The translations under genes and the position numbers were made by a program. Source: Polyangiales bacterium (lineage in GTDB: Bacteria; Myxococcota_A; Polyangia; Polyangiales; Ga0077539). From it: a DNA stretch of 64,000 nt. Below, piece after piece: positions 46,666-56,327 of the stretch. Positions within the stretch are counted from its first letter, which is position 1. Each line of letters starts with the position of its first letter. The DNA lies in the NCBI GenBank assembly GCA_044229975.1, contig JBGARZ010000005.1, positions 1 to 64,000 on the forward strand. The letters run 5' to 3'. Below the pieces are notes generated by a model. It did no database searches, was not told the origin of the DNA, and saw only the letters and a program-made list of their open reading frames with translations.

Positions 46666-49600
46666 CTATCGGTCGCAGGTCGTGATGTTGGTGAAGCTGA
46701 ACCAGTAGATCGGGTGCAGCGCCCCCATGCCGTAGACGCCGTCGACGGCGACCTGTGAGGTGGACTGCGGGAAGGACGAGTAGTCCACCCAGCGGCCGTT
46801 GTTGTTCACGTCGGAGAGGATGCGGTACGTCGCGCCCGCCGTGATGCTCCAGCTGGGAGTGAACACGAACGACGGCGCGCCCGCGGGCACCGCCACCGTC
46901 GCGAGCGTGGTGCCCGCGCCGTCAGTCAGCCGGATGGTGTCGGCCTGGCCCTGGTTCTGGAAGCGCACCGACGTGATGGTCGCGTTGCGCAGCGCGCGGA
47001 ACTGCATCCCCGACGTCGGCCACCCGTTGATGTTGTTGGTCAGCGTGGGACCGGCCACGGCGCCGCAGACGCCGACGCACGTCCCGGCCGTGCAGGTGAG
47101 GCCCGCGCCGCACGCGCCGCCGCAACGACCGCAGTTGGCCGTCGAGGTGCGGAGGTCGACCTCGCACCCGTTGGCCGGGTTGCCGTCGCAGTCGCCGAAG
47201 TTGGAGTCGCAGGTGAAGCCGCACACGCTGCCCGCGCAGGTGGCGGTCGCGTTGGCCCGCGGCGGGCACGCGTTTCCGCACGCCCCGCAGTGGCTCACGC
47301 TCGACGTCAGCGCCGTCTCACACCCGTCGGCGCGCGAGGCGTTGCAGTCCCCGAAGCCCGAAGCGCACACGAACCCGCAGGTGCTCATCGCGCACGCCGC
47401 GCGCGCGTTGGTCGCCGCCGGGCACACGGTGCCGCAGGCCCCGCAGTTCGTCGGATCGACCGCCGTGCTCGTGCAGGCGAGCCCGCACGCGGTCAGCCCC
47501 GCGCCGCAGCTCACCTGGCAGGAGCTCGCCGAGCACACCTGGCCCGACGGGCAGGTCACGCCGCAGGCGCTGCAGTTGAGCCGATCGTTGGTCAGGTCGA
47601 CGCAGCGACCGCCGCACACCGTCTGCCCCGACGGGCACACCAGGGTGCACACGCCGGACGTGCAGACCTGACCGGCCACGCACGCCGTCCCGCACGCGCC
47701 GCAGTTGGCCCGGTCGGTCTGGAGGTCGCGGCACACGCCCGAGCACGCGATGAGGCCCGTGGAGCACGACAACACGCAGGTGCCGCCGGTGCAGACCTGA
47801 CCCGCGGCGCACGCCATCCCGCACGCGCCGCAGTGGGCCCGGTCGGTCTGGAGGTCGCGGCACACGCCCGAGCACGCGTTGAGGCCCGCGGCGCAGCTCA
47901 CCACGCAGGCTCCGCCCACGCACACCTGGCCGCTCGCGCACGCCATCCCGCACGCGCCGCAGTGGGCCCGGTCGGTCTGGAGGTCGCGGCACGACCCGGT
48001 GCAGTTGGTGAGCGATCCGCCGCACGACACGGTGCAGGCGCCCGCGGTGCAGAGCTCGCCCGCCGCGCACGCGCGGCCGCACATCCCACAGTTGGTCGGG
48101 TCGGTCTGGAGGTTGCGGCAGATGCCGCTGCAGTTGGTGCCGGGCGTTCCGCACGACACGATGCAGGCCCCGGCCGAGCACACCTGACCAGCGGCGCAGG
48201 TCACCCCGCACGCGCCGCAGTTGGCGCGGTCGGTCTGGAGGTCGCGGCACGACCCGGTGCAGTTGGTCTGCGACGCCGGGCACGACACCTCGCATCGGCC
48301 CGCGGTGCACACCTGGCCCGCCGCGCACGCCATCGCGCAGCCGCCACAGTTGGCGCGGTCGGTCTGGAGGTCACGGCACACGCCGCTGCACGCGGTGAGC
48401 GCGCCGTCGCACGAGATCACGCACACGCCCGCGGCGCACACCTGGCCCGCCGCGCACAGGATCCCGCACGCGCCGCAGTTGCCACGGTCGGTCTGGAGGT
48501 CGCGGCAGGTCGTGCCGCAGGTGGTGAGCCCCGTCGGGCACGAGACCACGCACGCGCCGTTGGTGCACACCTGACCCGCCGAGCAGGTCGTTCCGCACCC
48601 GCCGCAGTTGGCCCGGTCGGTCTGGAGGTCGCGGCACGAGCCCGCGCACTCGGTGAGGCCCGCCACGCACGACGTCACGCACGCCGAGCCGGAGCACACC
48701 TGACCCGCGGCGCACGCCATGCCGCAACCGCCACAGTGGGCGCGGTCGCTGGTGAGGTCACGGCACGAGCCGCCGCAATCCGTGAGGCCCGCCACGCACG
48801 ACGTGACGCACATGCCCGCCGAGCACACCTGGCCCGCCGCGCAGACGCGCCCGCACATCCCGCAGTGCGCGCGGTCGCTCTCCAGCTCGCGGCACGAACC
48901 GCCGCAGTTGGACTGACCCGCCGGGCACGACGTCACGCACATCGCGCCCGAGCACACCTGGCCCGCCGCGCACGCCGTCCCGCAAGCGCCGCAGTTGGCG
49001 TTGTCGCTCTGGAGGTCGCGGCACGACCCCGAGCAGCTCGTCTGACCGACCACGCACGACGTCACGCAGGCGCCCGCCGAGCACACCTGGCCGGTCGCGC
49101 AGGCGGTGCCGCAGGTGCCGCAGCTCGCGCGGTCGCTCTGGAGGTCACGGCACGCGCCCGAGCAGGCCGTCTGCCCCACCGGGCAAGAGGTCTGGCAAGC
49201 GCCCATCACGCAGGCTTCGCCGGGCATGCACGCGACGCCGCAGCCGCCGCAGTGGAGCCGGTCGGTCTGCGTGTCACGGCACGCGCCCGAGCAGTCGACC
49301 TGACCCGTGGGGCACGAGGTCACGCACGCCCCCGCGGAGCACGCCTGACCGGCGGCGCAGGTGGTCCCGCAGGCGCCGCAGTTGGCGCGGTCGGCCTGGA
49401 GGTCGGCGCACACGCCCACGCCCCCGTCGGCGGTCGCGCCGCACACGGTGAAGCCCGGCAGGCAGCTCACCACGCAGCGGCCCGCCTCGCAGGCGCGCCC
49501 GGCGCCGCAGGCGTTGTTGCACGCGCCGCAGTTGACCGGATCGCTGGAGAGCATCGCGCAGCGGCGCACACCACCGGCGCTGGTGCAGGTCTCCAGGCCC

Positions 49601-50037
49601 GTCTGGCAGTTGGAGGCGCAGGCACCGTTGGAGCACACCTCACCGGGGCCGCAGCGACGGCCGCACGCGCCGCAGTGGTTGCCGTCGGTCTGGAGCAGCA
49701 CGCACACCTGCGCGCCGCCATCGCCTTCGAGCGCGCACGCCTGCTGCGCCGACGGGCAGGCGGTCTGGCACTGACCAGCGACGCAGCGGTCGCTCCCGGT
49801 GCAGCGGCGGCCGCACGCGCCGCAATTGTTGTCGTCGGTCGCGGACGTCACGCAGCGGCCGTCACAAAGGAGCTGGCCCGCCCCGCACGTGAGGCCCTGG
49901 TCGACGGCGATGTCTACTGTCACGTCCTCCCCCGCGTCATTGCCGCTGACCACGGAGTTGGACGAGGTACAGCCTGTCGCCCACAGCGCCGCCATCATCG
50001 CGGCGGCGATCAATCGATATCTTGCTGGTTGTTGCAT
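46666..50037 (-). CDS. Giant Cys-rich repeat lipoprotein (MXAN_6577-like repeats) with C-terminal beta domain
   Basis: Lipobox ATGC; about 21 copies of a ~43-aa unit (129-bp period) C.DLQTDR.(N/H)CG.CG..C..GQVC..G.C. Confidence 0.9.
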   Translation of the reverse strand: MQQPARYRLIAAAMMAALWATGCTSSNSVVSGNDAGEDVTVDIAVDQGLTCGAGQLLCDGRCVTSATDDNNCGACGRRCTGSDRCVAGQCQTACPSAQQACALEGDGGAQVCVLLQTDGNHCGACGRRCGPGEVCSNGACASNCQTGLETCTSAGGVRRCAMLSSDPVNCGACNNACGAGRACEAGRCVVSCLPGFTVCGATADGGVGVCADLQADRANCGACGTTCAAGQACSAGACVTSCPTGQVDCSGACRDTQTDRLHCGGCGVACMPGEACVMGACQTSCPVGQTACSGACRDLQSDRASCGTCGTACATGQVCSAGACVTSCVVGQTSCSGSCRDLQSDNANCGACGTACAAGQVCSGAMCVTSCPAGQSNCGGSCRELESDRAHCGMCGRVCAAGQVCSAGMCVTSCVAGLTDCGGSCRDLTSDRAHCGGCGMACAAGQVCSGSACVTSCVAGLTECAGSCRDLQTDRANCGGCGTTCSAGQVCTNGACVVSCPTGLTTCGTTCRDLQTDRGNCGACGILCAAGQVCAAGVCVISCDGALTACSGVCRDLQTDRANCGGCAMACAAGQVCTAGRCEVSCPASQTNCTGSCRDLQTDRANCGACGVTCAAGQVCSAGACIVSCGTPGTNCSGICRNLQTDPTNCGMCGRACAAGELCTAGACTVSCGGSLTNCTGSCRDLQTDRAHCGACGMACASGQVCVGGACVVSCAAGLNACSGVCRDLQTDRAHCGACGMACAAGQVCTGGTCVLSCSTGLIACSGVCRDLQTDRANCGACGTACVAGQVCTSGVCTLVCPSGQTVCGGRCVDLTNDRLNCSACGVTCPSGQVCSASSCQVSCGAGLTACGLACTSTAVDPTNCGACGTVCPAATNARAACAMSTCGFVCASGFGDCNASRADGCETALTSSVSHCGACGNACPPRANATATCAGSVCGFTCDSNFGDCDGNPANGCEVDLRTSTANCGRCGGACGAGLTCTAGTCVGVCGAVAGPTLTNNINGWPTSGMQFRALRNATITSVRFQNQGQADTIRLTDGAGTTLATVAVPAGAPSFVFTPSWSITAGATYRILSDVNNNGRWVDYSSFPQSTSQVAVDGVYGMGALHPIYWFSFTNITTCDR

Positions 50038-50129
50038 GGACACTCCCGTCGGCCGCGAGCTGCAGCCGACGACGAACGTATCGCAACTCGGACCCAGGGC
50101 CCCTGACGGTTTGAAGCGACGTCCTCGCG

Positions 50130-50702
50130 CTACCGCCCCGCGTTGGCCTCGCCGGGCGTCGGTCGGTTGACCGCGAACTCACCCGTCCCATCGGGCAGCC
50201 GCCCCCACGAGCTCCCCTCCGGCGCCGCGTTGGGCGGGTACATCGCGCTCGTCGACACGACGTGGTCGCGCCCGATGAGGAAGAGCCCCTCGCCTCTCGC
50301 CGCGCTGATGCCGAAGCGCGCGTGGTAGCAGGTCATCGGGCCGTCCACGCCGAGGCAGGTCATCTGCGCGCCGACGCCCGCGTCGCTCACGTCCGCGAGC
50401 ACCAGCAGGCGCTGCCCCGGCGCGAGCCACGTCGCGGCCGGAAACTCCACGCCCTCCTCGACGCGCGGAACGTTGCCGTTGGTGTCGGTGTCCGCGAGCA
50501 CCATGCCGCCGAGGTCGACGGGGCCTTCGCCGACGTTCATCAGCTCGACCCAGTCGTCGGTCGTGGCGCGCAGCTCGTTGATGACCACGCGCCCGACGGG
50601 GACGTCACCCATCGCCACGTCGCGCGCCACTCCTGCGTCGGAGGTCGCGGCGCCACCCGAACACCCCGCCACCACCACCAGACTCCAGCACACCCATCGC
50701 AT
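50130..50702 (-). CDS. Lamin-tail domain lipoprotein
   Basis: Lipobox VAGC; VVINE...DWVELMN, SWGRLPDGTG and PTPGEAN. Confidence 0.85.
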   Translation of the reverse strand: MRWVCWSLVVVAGCSGGAATSDAGVARDVAMGDVPVGRVVINELRATTDDWVELMNVGEGPVDLGGMVLADTDTNGNVPRVEEGVEFPAATWLAPGQRLLVLADVSDAGVGAQMTCLGVDGPMTCYHARFGISAARGEGLFLIGRDHVVSTSAMYPPNAAPEGSSWGRLPDGTGEFAVNRPTPGEANAGR

Positions 50703-50719
50703 CGTCGGACCTCGTCCCC

Positions 50720-51784
50720 TCAATACACGCCGCGCGTCACGAGCCTGAACTCCCATTGATCGGTCCCCGGCTGCAACGCGTCGGCGGTGGCCCCGGCGAA
50801 CTGTCGGCTGACCGCGGCGAAGACCTCCAGCGGGTCGAGCACGCGGTACCCGACGGTGCCGAGGATGGTCGTCACGTGGTTGTCGTCGGCGCGGTGATCG
50901 CGCTGCCACCACGAGACGCGCAGACCCGTGAGCAGGCGCTCGACGGGCTCCACCCGCGCGAAGGCTTCGAGCACGTACGAGCGCTGCCCCGCGTCGGCGC
51001 CGACGCCCCACGCGATGGTTCCGGTGACGCCCGCGCGCACGGCGTCGCCCTGCCAGAGAACAGCCCCGGTGAAGCGATCGGCGCGCGTTGCGAGGGCGCC
51101 CGTCGAGCCGATCGTGTACGACGCGAGCACCGCCAGCGGCTGCATCGGACGCCACGGGACGGGGTGCACCGAGGCGGCGACCTCGACGTTCTTGCCGCGG
51201 TTGAGCTCGCGGTTGTTGTAGCCGTCGCCGTTGTACGCGCCGACGCCCACCCACCCGAAGGTGCGCGGCAGGTCGAAGCGAACCGTCGCGCCGAGGTCGG
51301 CGGGCGAACCGAGGGTCGTCTGCTCCAGCGGGGTTGGGGCCACCGCGCGCAGCCGCCAGGTGCCCTCGATCTCGGGGACGGTGAGCGTCGGGACCACGCC
51401 CGCCTGGATGCGGAGCGAGCGGCCGTTCCAGCCGACGTAGGCTTCGCGCACGCGGAAGACGAAGCTGTCGCCGTCGATGCCCATGAGCGACCCGTCGGCG
51501 GCCGAGCGAACGGCTTCGAGCACCACGCGGGCACGAGCCTCGCGGTACTCGCCCGTGAGCGCGGCGTGGACGCGCGGGAGGTCGAAGCGGTGTGACCAGT
51601 CATTGCCCAGGAGGGCAGTGTCGGTGACGCGCGCGGCGTACTGGGCGAACACCTCGACGCCGGGACGAACCACGAGCCCGGTGTTGCCCGCCGCGGTGGG
51701 CGGCGCGGCGGCGGGCTGCGCAGCGGCGGCGGCGCTCGCGAGGAGCGTCACCAGAAACGCGCACGGTCGATGGGGGCAACGCAT
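50720..51784 (-). CDS. Outer-membrane porin-like beta-barrel
   Basis: Signal peptide; REAYV, ADLG and GAYNGDGY; amphipathic strands with terminal aromatic residue. Confidence 0.7.
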   Translation of the reverse strand: MRCPHRPCAFLVTLLASAAAAAQPAAAPPTAAGNTGLVVRPGVEVFAQYAARVTDTALLGNDWSHRFDLPRVHAALTGEYREARARVVLEAVRSAADGSLMGIDGDSFVFRVREAYVGWNGRSLRIQAGVVPTLTVPEIEGTWRLRAVAPTPLEQTTLGSPADLGATVRFDLPRTFGWVGVGAYNGDGYNNRELNRGKNVEVAASVHPVPWRPMQPLAVLASYTIGSTGALATRADRFTGAVLWQGDAVRAGVTGTIAWGVGADAGQRSYVLEAFARVEPVERLLTGLRVSWWQRDHRADDNHVTTILGTVGYRVLDPLEVFAAVSRQFAGATADALQPGTDQWEFRLVTRGVY

Positions 51785-51932
51785 GGTGGCGCGCATCATC
51801 GCGGCGGAGCGGGTGCGGCACCAGTGCGGGGCGGGCGAGGCACTGTATGCACGCGCGATACAGTGCTGCATCGGAGAGATCGATTCCCCATCCAGTGGGG
51901 ACGGAGCATGGTGGGGCTCACACGGAGACCCA

Positions 51933-53402
51933 ATGACCATTCGCCGCCACCGCCTGCTGCTCGTCGCCCTCCTGCCTGCCTGCGCCAACGTGGTTGTATC
52001 TGCGCCGGTCACGCCCGCGCCGGTGACACCTGCGCCAGTCACTCCGGTGGTGGTGACGCCGACGCCGACGCCCGTCCCCGCGGCGCTGGCGGCGTGTACC
52101 TCGGCGCGCGCGGACGGCACGGTGCTCATCGCGGTCGCGGGTGCCGACGTGATGGCGCTCGACGTCACCGGGTCGTGGCGCACCCTCGACGCGGCCGCGG
52201 TGACGACGCCTCCCGCGATCGTGACCAACGCGGTGATCTCGTCGGACGGGTACCTCGCGCTGTCTCGTCAACACCGGGTCAACAGCGCGGAGGCCGAGAA
52301 CACCTACGCGCTGCTCGCGCCCGACGGCACGGTGCGCTGGCGCCGCTCGCAGACCGTGCGCTACGGCGGATCGCCCTTCACCACGTCCATCGGGCTCCAG
52401 ACCCTCTACGTGTCGCCGGGCGGGGCCGTCGTGGCGAACCACACGTCCTTCGATACGAGAATCCACGCGTGGGCAGAGAGCATCTCTCCCGACGGGACGA
52501 GCCGCTGGGTCGCGGACGCGGCGGCGGTCGGACCGATCGACGAGGCCGGTCGTGTGCCGGTGGAGGACTACCCCAACAGCGCGACGGCGATTCGCTGGTG
52601 GTCACCAGAGAGCGGGGCCGTCGCGCCGCTCGGTGGGAGTGAGCGGGGCGGCGCCGTGGTGGCCGGGGCGTTTACCGTGGCGTGGGAGGTCGGCGATGCG
52701 GGCGTGTCGCTGGTGAGCCATCGTGGGACGCGCGTCGAGCGCTTCGCGCTGCCCTTCGCCAACGAGCGCGAGCTGTCGTTCGAGGGGGTTCGCGACGAGG
52801 GCTGGCTGCTGGTGGCGAGGCGCGACGAGGGGCGTGTCGTGCATCGTGTCGACCTGAATCGTAGAAGGTCCGAGGCGATCACGCCGCGCTACCCCGAGCG
52901 CTTCGCCGGAGCAGAGAACGGACGGCCCGGCATCGGTTCGGACGGCGCGCTCATGGCAGTGCTGAGCGACGGGGAGTGGGCGGAGCTGCATCGCTCGGAG
53001 GACGGCGTTGAGTGGACGCGCGTGGGTCGACCGGTGACGGGGACGCTCGGGATCGAGCTCCACGAGCGCGGCGGGACGTATGTGGTGCGCGCGCACAATG
53101 AGCTGTTCGGTGGACGCCTGTGGCCCGAGCAGGTGCGCGACGAGCCCGACGGGTTGCGGGGCGCCTCGTTGCACATCGCCCGTCCCTCGACGGGGCGCGA
53201 CGTGGTGGTGTACGCGGGCAACGCCGAGCGCGGGTTTGGCGGCGGGACGGAGGTGGCGATCGCTCCGACGGGGCGGTGCGTGGCGTGGGTGGAGACACGC
53301 GATGGGAGCAGCGTGGTGGAGGTCGCGAACATGGAAGACGGGACGCGACATCGAGCGCCGCTGCCGCGCGGGATGATGGCGGGGCGGGCGCAGTGGTTCT
53401 GA
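51933..53402 (+). CDS. Hypothetical lipoprotein (beta-propeller-like)
   Basis: Lipobox LPAC; PVT-rich linker; beta-rich repeats. Confidence 0.65.
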   Translation: MTIRRHRLLLVALLPACANVVVSAPVTPAPVTPAPVTPVVVTPTPTPVPAALAACTSARADGTVLIAVAGADVMALDVTGSWRTLDAAAVTTPPAIVTNAVISSDGYLALSRQHRVNSAEAENTYALLAPDGTVRWRRSQTVRYGGSPFTTSIGLQTLYVSPGGAVVANHTSFDTRIHAWAESISPDGTSRWVADAAAVGPIDEAGRVPVEDYPNSATAIRWWSPESGAVAPLGGSERGGAVVAGAFTVAWEVGDAGVSLVSHRGTRVERFALPFANERELSFEGVRDEGWLLVARRDEGRVVHRVDLNRRRSEAITPRYPERFAGAENGRPGIGSDGALMAVLSDGEWAELHRSEDGVEWTRVGRPVTGTLGIELHERGGTYVVRAHNELFGGRLWPEQVRDEPDGLRGASLHIARPSTGRDVVVYAGNAERGFGGGTEVAIAPTGRCVAWVETRDGSSVVEVANMEDGTRHRAPLPRGMMAGRAQWF

Positions 53403-53406
53403 CGGG

Positions 53407-54483
53407 CTACGAGGAGAGCGCGATGATCGCGGCGACCGAGGCGGCGGCGTAGAAGGCGATGACACCGAACAGCCAACGGGCGTGGGAGCGGACTGCGAGC
53501 GCGATGGGGTCTACGACAACGGGCTCGGTCGAGCGGTAGGGCGCAGCGAGCAGCGAGGCGGGCAAAGCCGTGGCGCGGACGCGGGCGAGGCTGCGACGCA
53601 GGAAGAGGAGAGCGAGGAGGGTCAGCGCGGAAGAGGAGGCGGCGAGGCGGTTGGCCTCACCGCGCAGGTGCGCGGGGAAGAGTGGGCGGGCGACGAGGTA
53701 CAGCGGGGGTGGGGGGCTGAGACCAAAGCGCGCGGGGTCGCACGTGGTCTCGCCGCGGACCTCGCAGAAGGTTGTGCGGCACGTGTACTCAGCGACGTGG
53801 TGGTCGGGCGAGAGGCGGAGTTCGACGGCGTTCGAGATGCTGTACGAAATCCTGGTCGGATCGTCTCCGCGGTCCGAGTAGTCGACGTGACCGCTACGAC
53901 ATTCCCAGCCAAAACCAGCAAAGCTGCTGTCTGATCCCCGGACGCCCGAGAACTCGCTGAACCCATAGGAGTCATGGTCGACAAAACGTCCGATCGGACA
54001 CTTCAACTGCGTGAACGTCGAGCCGGAGCCCGAGTGAGGTCCGTGGGAAGGGCCGTGATACGCGTCGGGATCGTATCCCTCCGGGATCACCTGACACTCC
54101 GCCGGATAGAGGGCCCGATCGCGGTCTCCCCTCACGGTCTGCCTCCGCGGCAGACTCGCCGCCTCCGCTGGCGTCAGTCGATCGACCCGCCGCTCTGAGC
54201 GCTCCACTCGATCGTTGACCACCTCGATGGGCGCCCGACGTAGCACCGTCGCGACGCCTGCCCACCCCACCGCGAACGCAATCATCACCAGCACCGCGAC
54301 CGCCGACACCACGCGCACACGCGTCGGCGCCCTCCGCGGGTCGAGCCAACGCGCCAACGCGCACGCCATCACGGTCCCAGCGCCCGCGAACAGCCACCAC
54401 ACATGCGCGTTCGGCATCGCAACGCGAGTGGACCTCTCCGCGTTCGTCGGCGTCAAGCGCGCCCTAACGTCGGCCAGCGTCAC
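53407..54483 (-). CDS. Hypothetical membrane protein with Cys-containing extracytoplasmic loop
   Basis: Four TM helices; GTG overlaps the upstream TGA. Confidence 0.55.
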   Translation of the reverse strand: MTLADVRARLTPTNAERSTRVAMPNAHVWWLFAGAGTVMACALARWLDPRRAPTRVRVVSAVAVLVMIAFAVGWAGVATVLRRAPIEVVNDRVERSERRVDRLTPAEAASLPRRQTVRGDRDRALYPAECQVIPEGYDPDAYHGPSHGPHSGSGSTFTQLKCPIGRFVDHDSYGFSEFSGVRGSDSSFAGFGWECRSGHVDYSDRGDDPTRISYSISNAVELRLSPDHHVAEYTCRTTFCEVRGETTCDPARFGLSPPPPLYLVARPLFPAHLRGEANRLAASSSALTLLALLFLRRSLARVRATALPASLLAAPYRSTEPVVVDPIALAVRSHARWLFGVIAFYAAASVAAIIALSS

Positions 54484-54674
54484 TTCTCCGGTCGGCCCGC
54501 GCTCGTCGGCTCACGCATCCAGCGCGCGTAGGCCCGACGCGCATACGCCAGGCGCTCGGCCCCGGTCGGATACCGTTGCGTGAACCACGCCACGAGCGCG
54601 CGCACCTCCGCGACCTCCATCTCGGTGAGCGGTGCGTCCGCCCGTCGGATGAACCCCGCCACGTCCACGGTCAC
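54480..54674 (-). CDS. Small hypothetical protein (64 aa)
   Basis: Amphipathic helical sequence LVAWFTQRYPTGAERLAYARRAYARW; AGGAGG upstream. Confidence 0.55.
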   Translation of the reverse strand: MTVDVAGFIRRADAPLTEMEVAEVRALVAWFTQRYPTGAERLAYARRAYARWMREPTSAGRPEK

Positions 54675-54899
54675 CGTCAGGACCCGCCAACGGGCCGTAC
54701 CTCCTGTGTACGGCGTGTCGTGGACTGCGAGCGTGACCGTCGCGCGCCGCGCTGACGCCGCGGCGTGGGCCCCGGGGACTGCGGACGTGGCGGACCCGCG
54801 TCGCCTATGCCGAACTCCGGGCTGTCACGAGCAGCCGTACCTTGACCATCTCCCTTGAGCCATTGGCCCTCTCGTCCGGTCTGGAGTACCTCCGCCCGA

Positions 54900-56327
54900 A
54901 TGGTCGCCACCGCCCGCCTCGCCCTCTTCGCTTCCCTCCTCGTCGCCTGCGCCCCGCGCTCGGTCGACGCGCTTCTCGACGTCCCGTCCTCGCGCGACGC
55001 CAGCACCGATCAGCCCGCCGCCGATGTGCCTCCATCCATCGACGTCCCGCCCGCCGTCGACATCCCCATCGCTGTCGACATCCCCATCGCTGTCGACATC
55101 CCCATCGCTGTCGACATCCCCATCGCTGTCGACATCCCCATCGCTGTCGACATCCCCATCGCTGTCGACATCCCACCCGCTGTCGACATCCCACCCGCTG
55201 TCGATGTTCCGCCCGCTGTCGACGTCCCGCCCGCCGTCGACGTCCCACCCGCTGTCGATGTCCCGATCGTCGTCACCACGCCCGTCGCCCAGGTCAGCGC
55301 GGGCTTCGAGCACACCTGCGCCGTCCTGCCCTCTGGAGTCGTGCGCTGCTGGGGCGCCAACGACCACGGCCAGCTCGGCGACGGAACCACCACCTCCCGC
55401 ACGCGCCCGACCCCGTTGCCCACGCTGAGCGGCGTCGCCGAAGTGAGCGGCGGGCGGGAGTTCTCCTGCGCGCGACTCACCGCCGGCGGAGCGCGCTGCT
55501 GGGGCCGCAACCAGTACGGTCAGCTCGGCGACGACGCGAGCACCGGGAGCCCCACGCCCACCACGGTGCAATCGCTCTCCGGCGCCGCCGAGATCGCCGC
55601 GGGCGGCTACCACGCCTGCGCGCGGGCCACCGACGGACGCCTGCGCTGCTGGGGCTACAACGCCGTCGGCGCCGTCGGCGACGGAACCACCCAGCCGCGC
55701 AACACGCCCACCCTCATCGCCGGCCCGACGGACATCGCGCAGGTGGGCCTCGGCAACTTCTCCTCCTGCGCGCGTCGCACCACCGGCGCGGTGGTCTGTT
55801 GGGGCGACAACGACTTCGGCCAGATCGGTGACGGCAGCCTCACGCAGCGTAACGCGCCCGCCACGGTCATGGGCCTCACCGGCGCCACGCACCTCGGGGT
55901 GGCCACGTCGAGCGCGTGCGCCGTGCGGGGCGACGGCAGCGTCTGGTGCTGGGGCCGCAACGAGTACGGACAGCTCGGCGACGGGAGCGCCACCAACCGA
56001 TCGACCCCGGTGCAGGTCGCGGGGCTCGCGGGCGTGGCCGCCATCGCGGGTGGCGGAGGCTTCTTCTGCGCGCGCATGGCGGACGCCACCGTGCGCTGCT
56101 GGGGCCGCAACACGGTCGGGCAGCTCGGCGACGGGACCACCACCAATCGCCGCGTTCCGACAGTCGTCCCGGGCCTGAGCGGCGTGGCGGAGGTCACCGT
56201 CGGCGACGCCCACGCGTGCGCGCGGCTCACCACCGGCGAGCTCCGCTGCTGGGGCGAAAACGAGCGCGGTCAGCTCGGCGACGGAACCACCACGGCCCGC
56301 CGCCAACCCACGCTGGTGGTGTTCTGA
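54900..56327 (+). CDS. RCC1-repeat lipoprotein with VNTR linker
   Basis: Lipobox LVAC; seven CWGxNxxGQLGDG blades. Confidence 0.9.
   Translation: MVATARLALFASLLVACAPRSVDALLDVPSSRDASTDQPAADVPPSIDVPPAVDIPIAVDIPIAVDIPIAVDIPIAVDIPIAVDIPIAVDIPPAVDIPPAVDVPPAVDVPPAVDVPPAVDVPIVVTTPVAQVSAGFEHTCAVLPSGVVRCWGANDHGQLGDGTTTSRTRPTPLPTLSGVAEVSGGREFSCARLTAGGARCWGRNQYGQLGDDASTGSPTPTTVQSLSGAAEIAAGGYHACARATDGRLRCWGYNAVGAVGDGTTQPRNTPTLIAGPTDIAQVGLGNFSSCARRTTGAVVCWGDNDFGQIGDGSLTQRNAPATVMGLTGATHLGVATSSACAVRGDGSVWCWGRNEYGQLGDGSATNRSTPVQVAGLAGVAAIAGGGGFFCARMADATVRCWGRNTVGQLGDGTTTNRRVPTVVPGLSGVAEVTVGDAHACARLTTGELRCWGENERGQLGDGTTTARRQPTLVVF
55020..55268 (+). repeat. In-frame 18-bp tandem repeat (about 14 units, D(I/V)P(I/P)AV)
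   Basis: GACATCCCCATCGCTGTC repeated six times identically, flanked by variant units. Confidence 0.92.

Noticed and set aside
46666..50037. Multiheme cytochrome matured by the nearby Ccm system
   Set aside because: Motifs are (N/H)CxxCG, not CxxCH; they are disulfide-type repeats.
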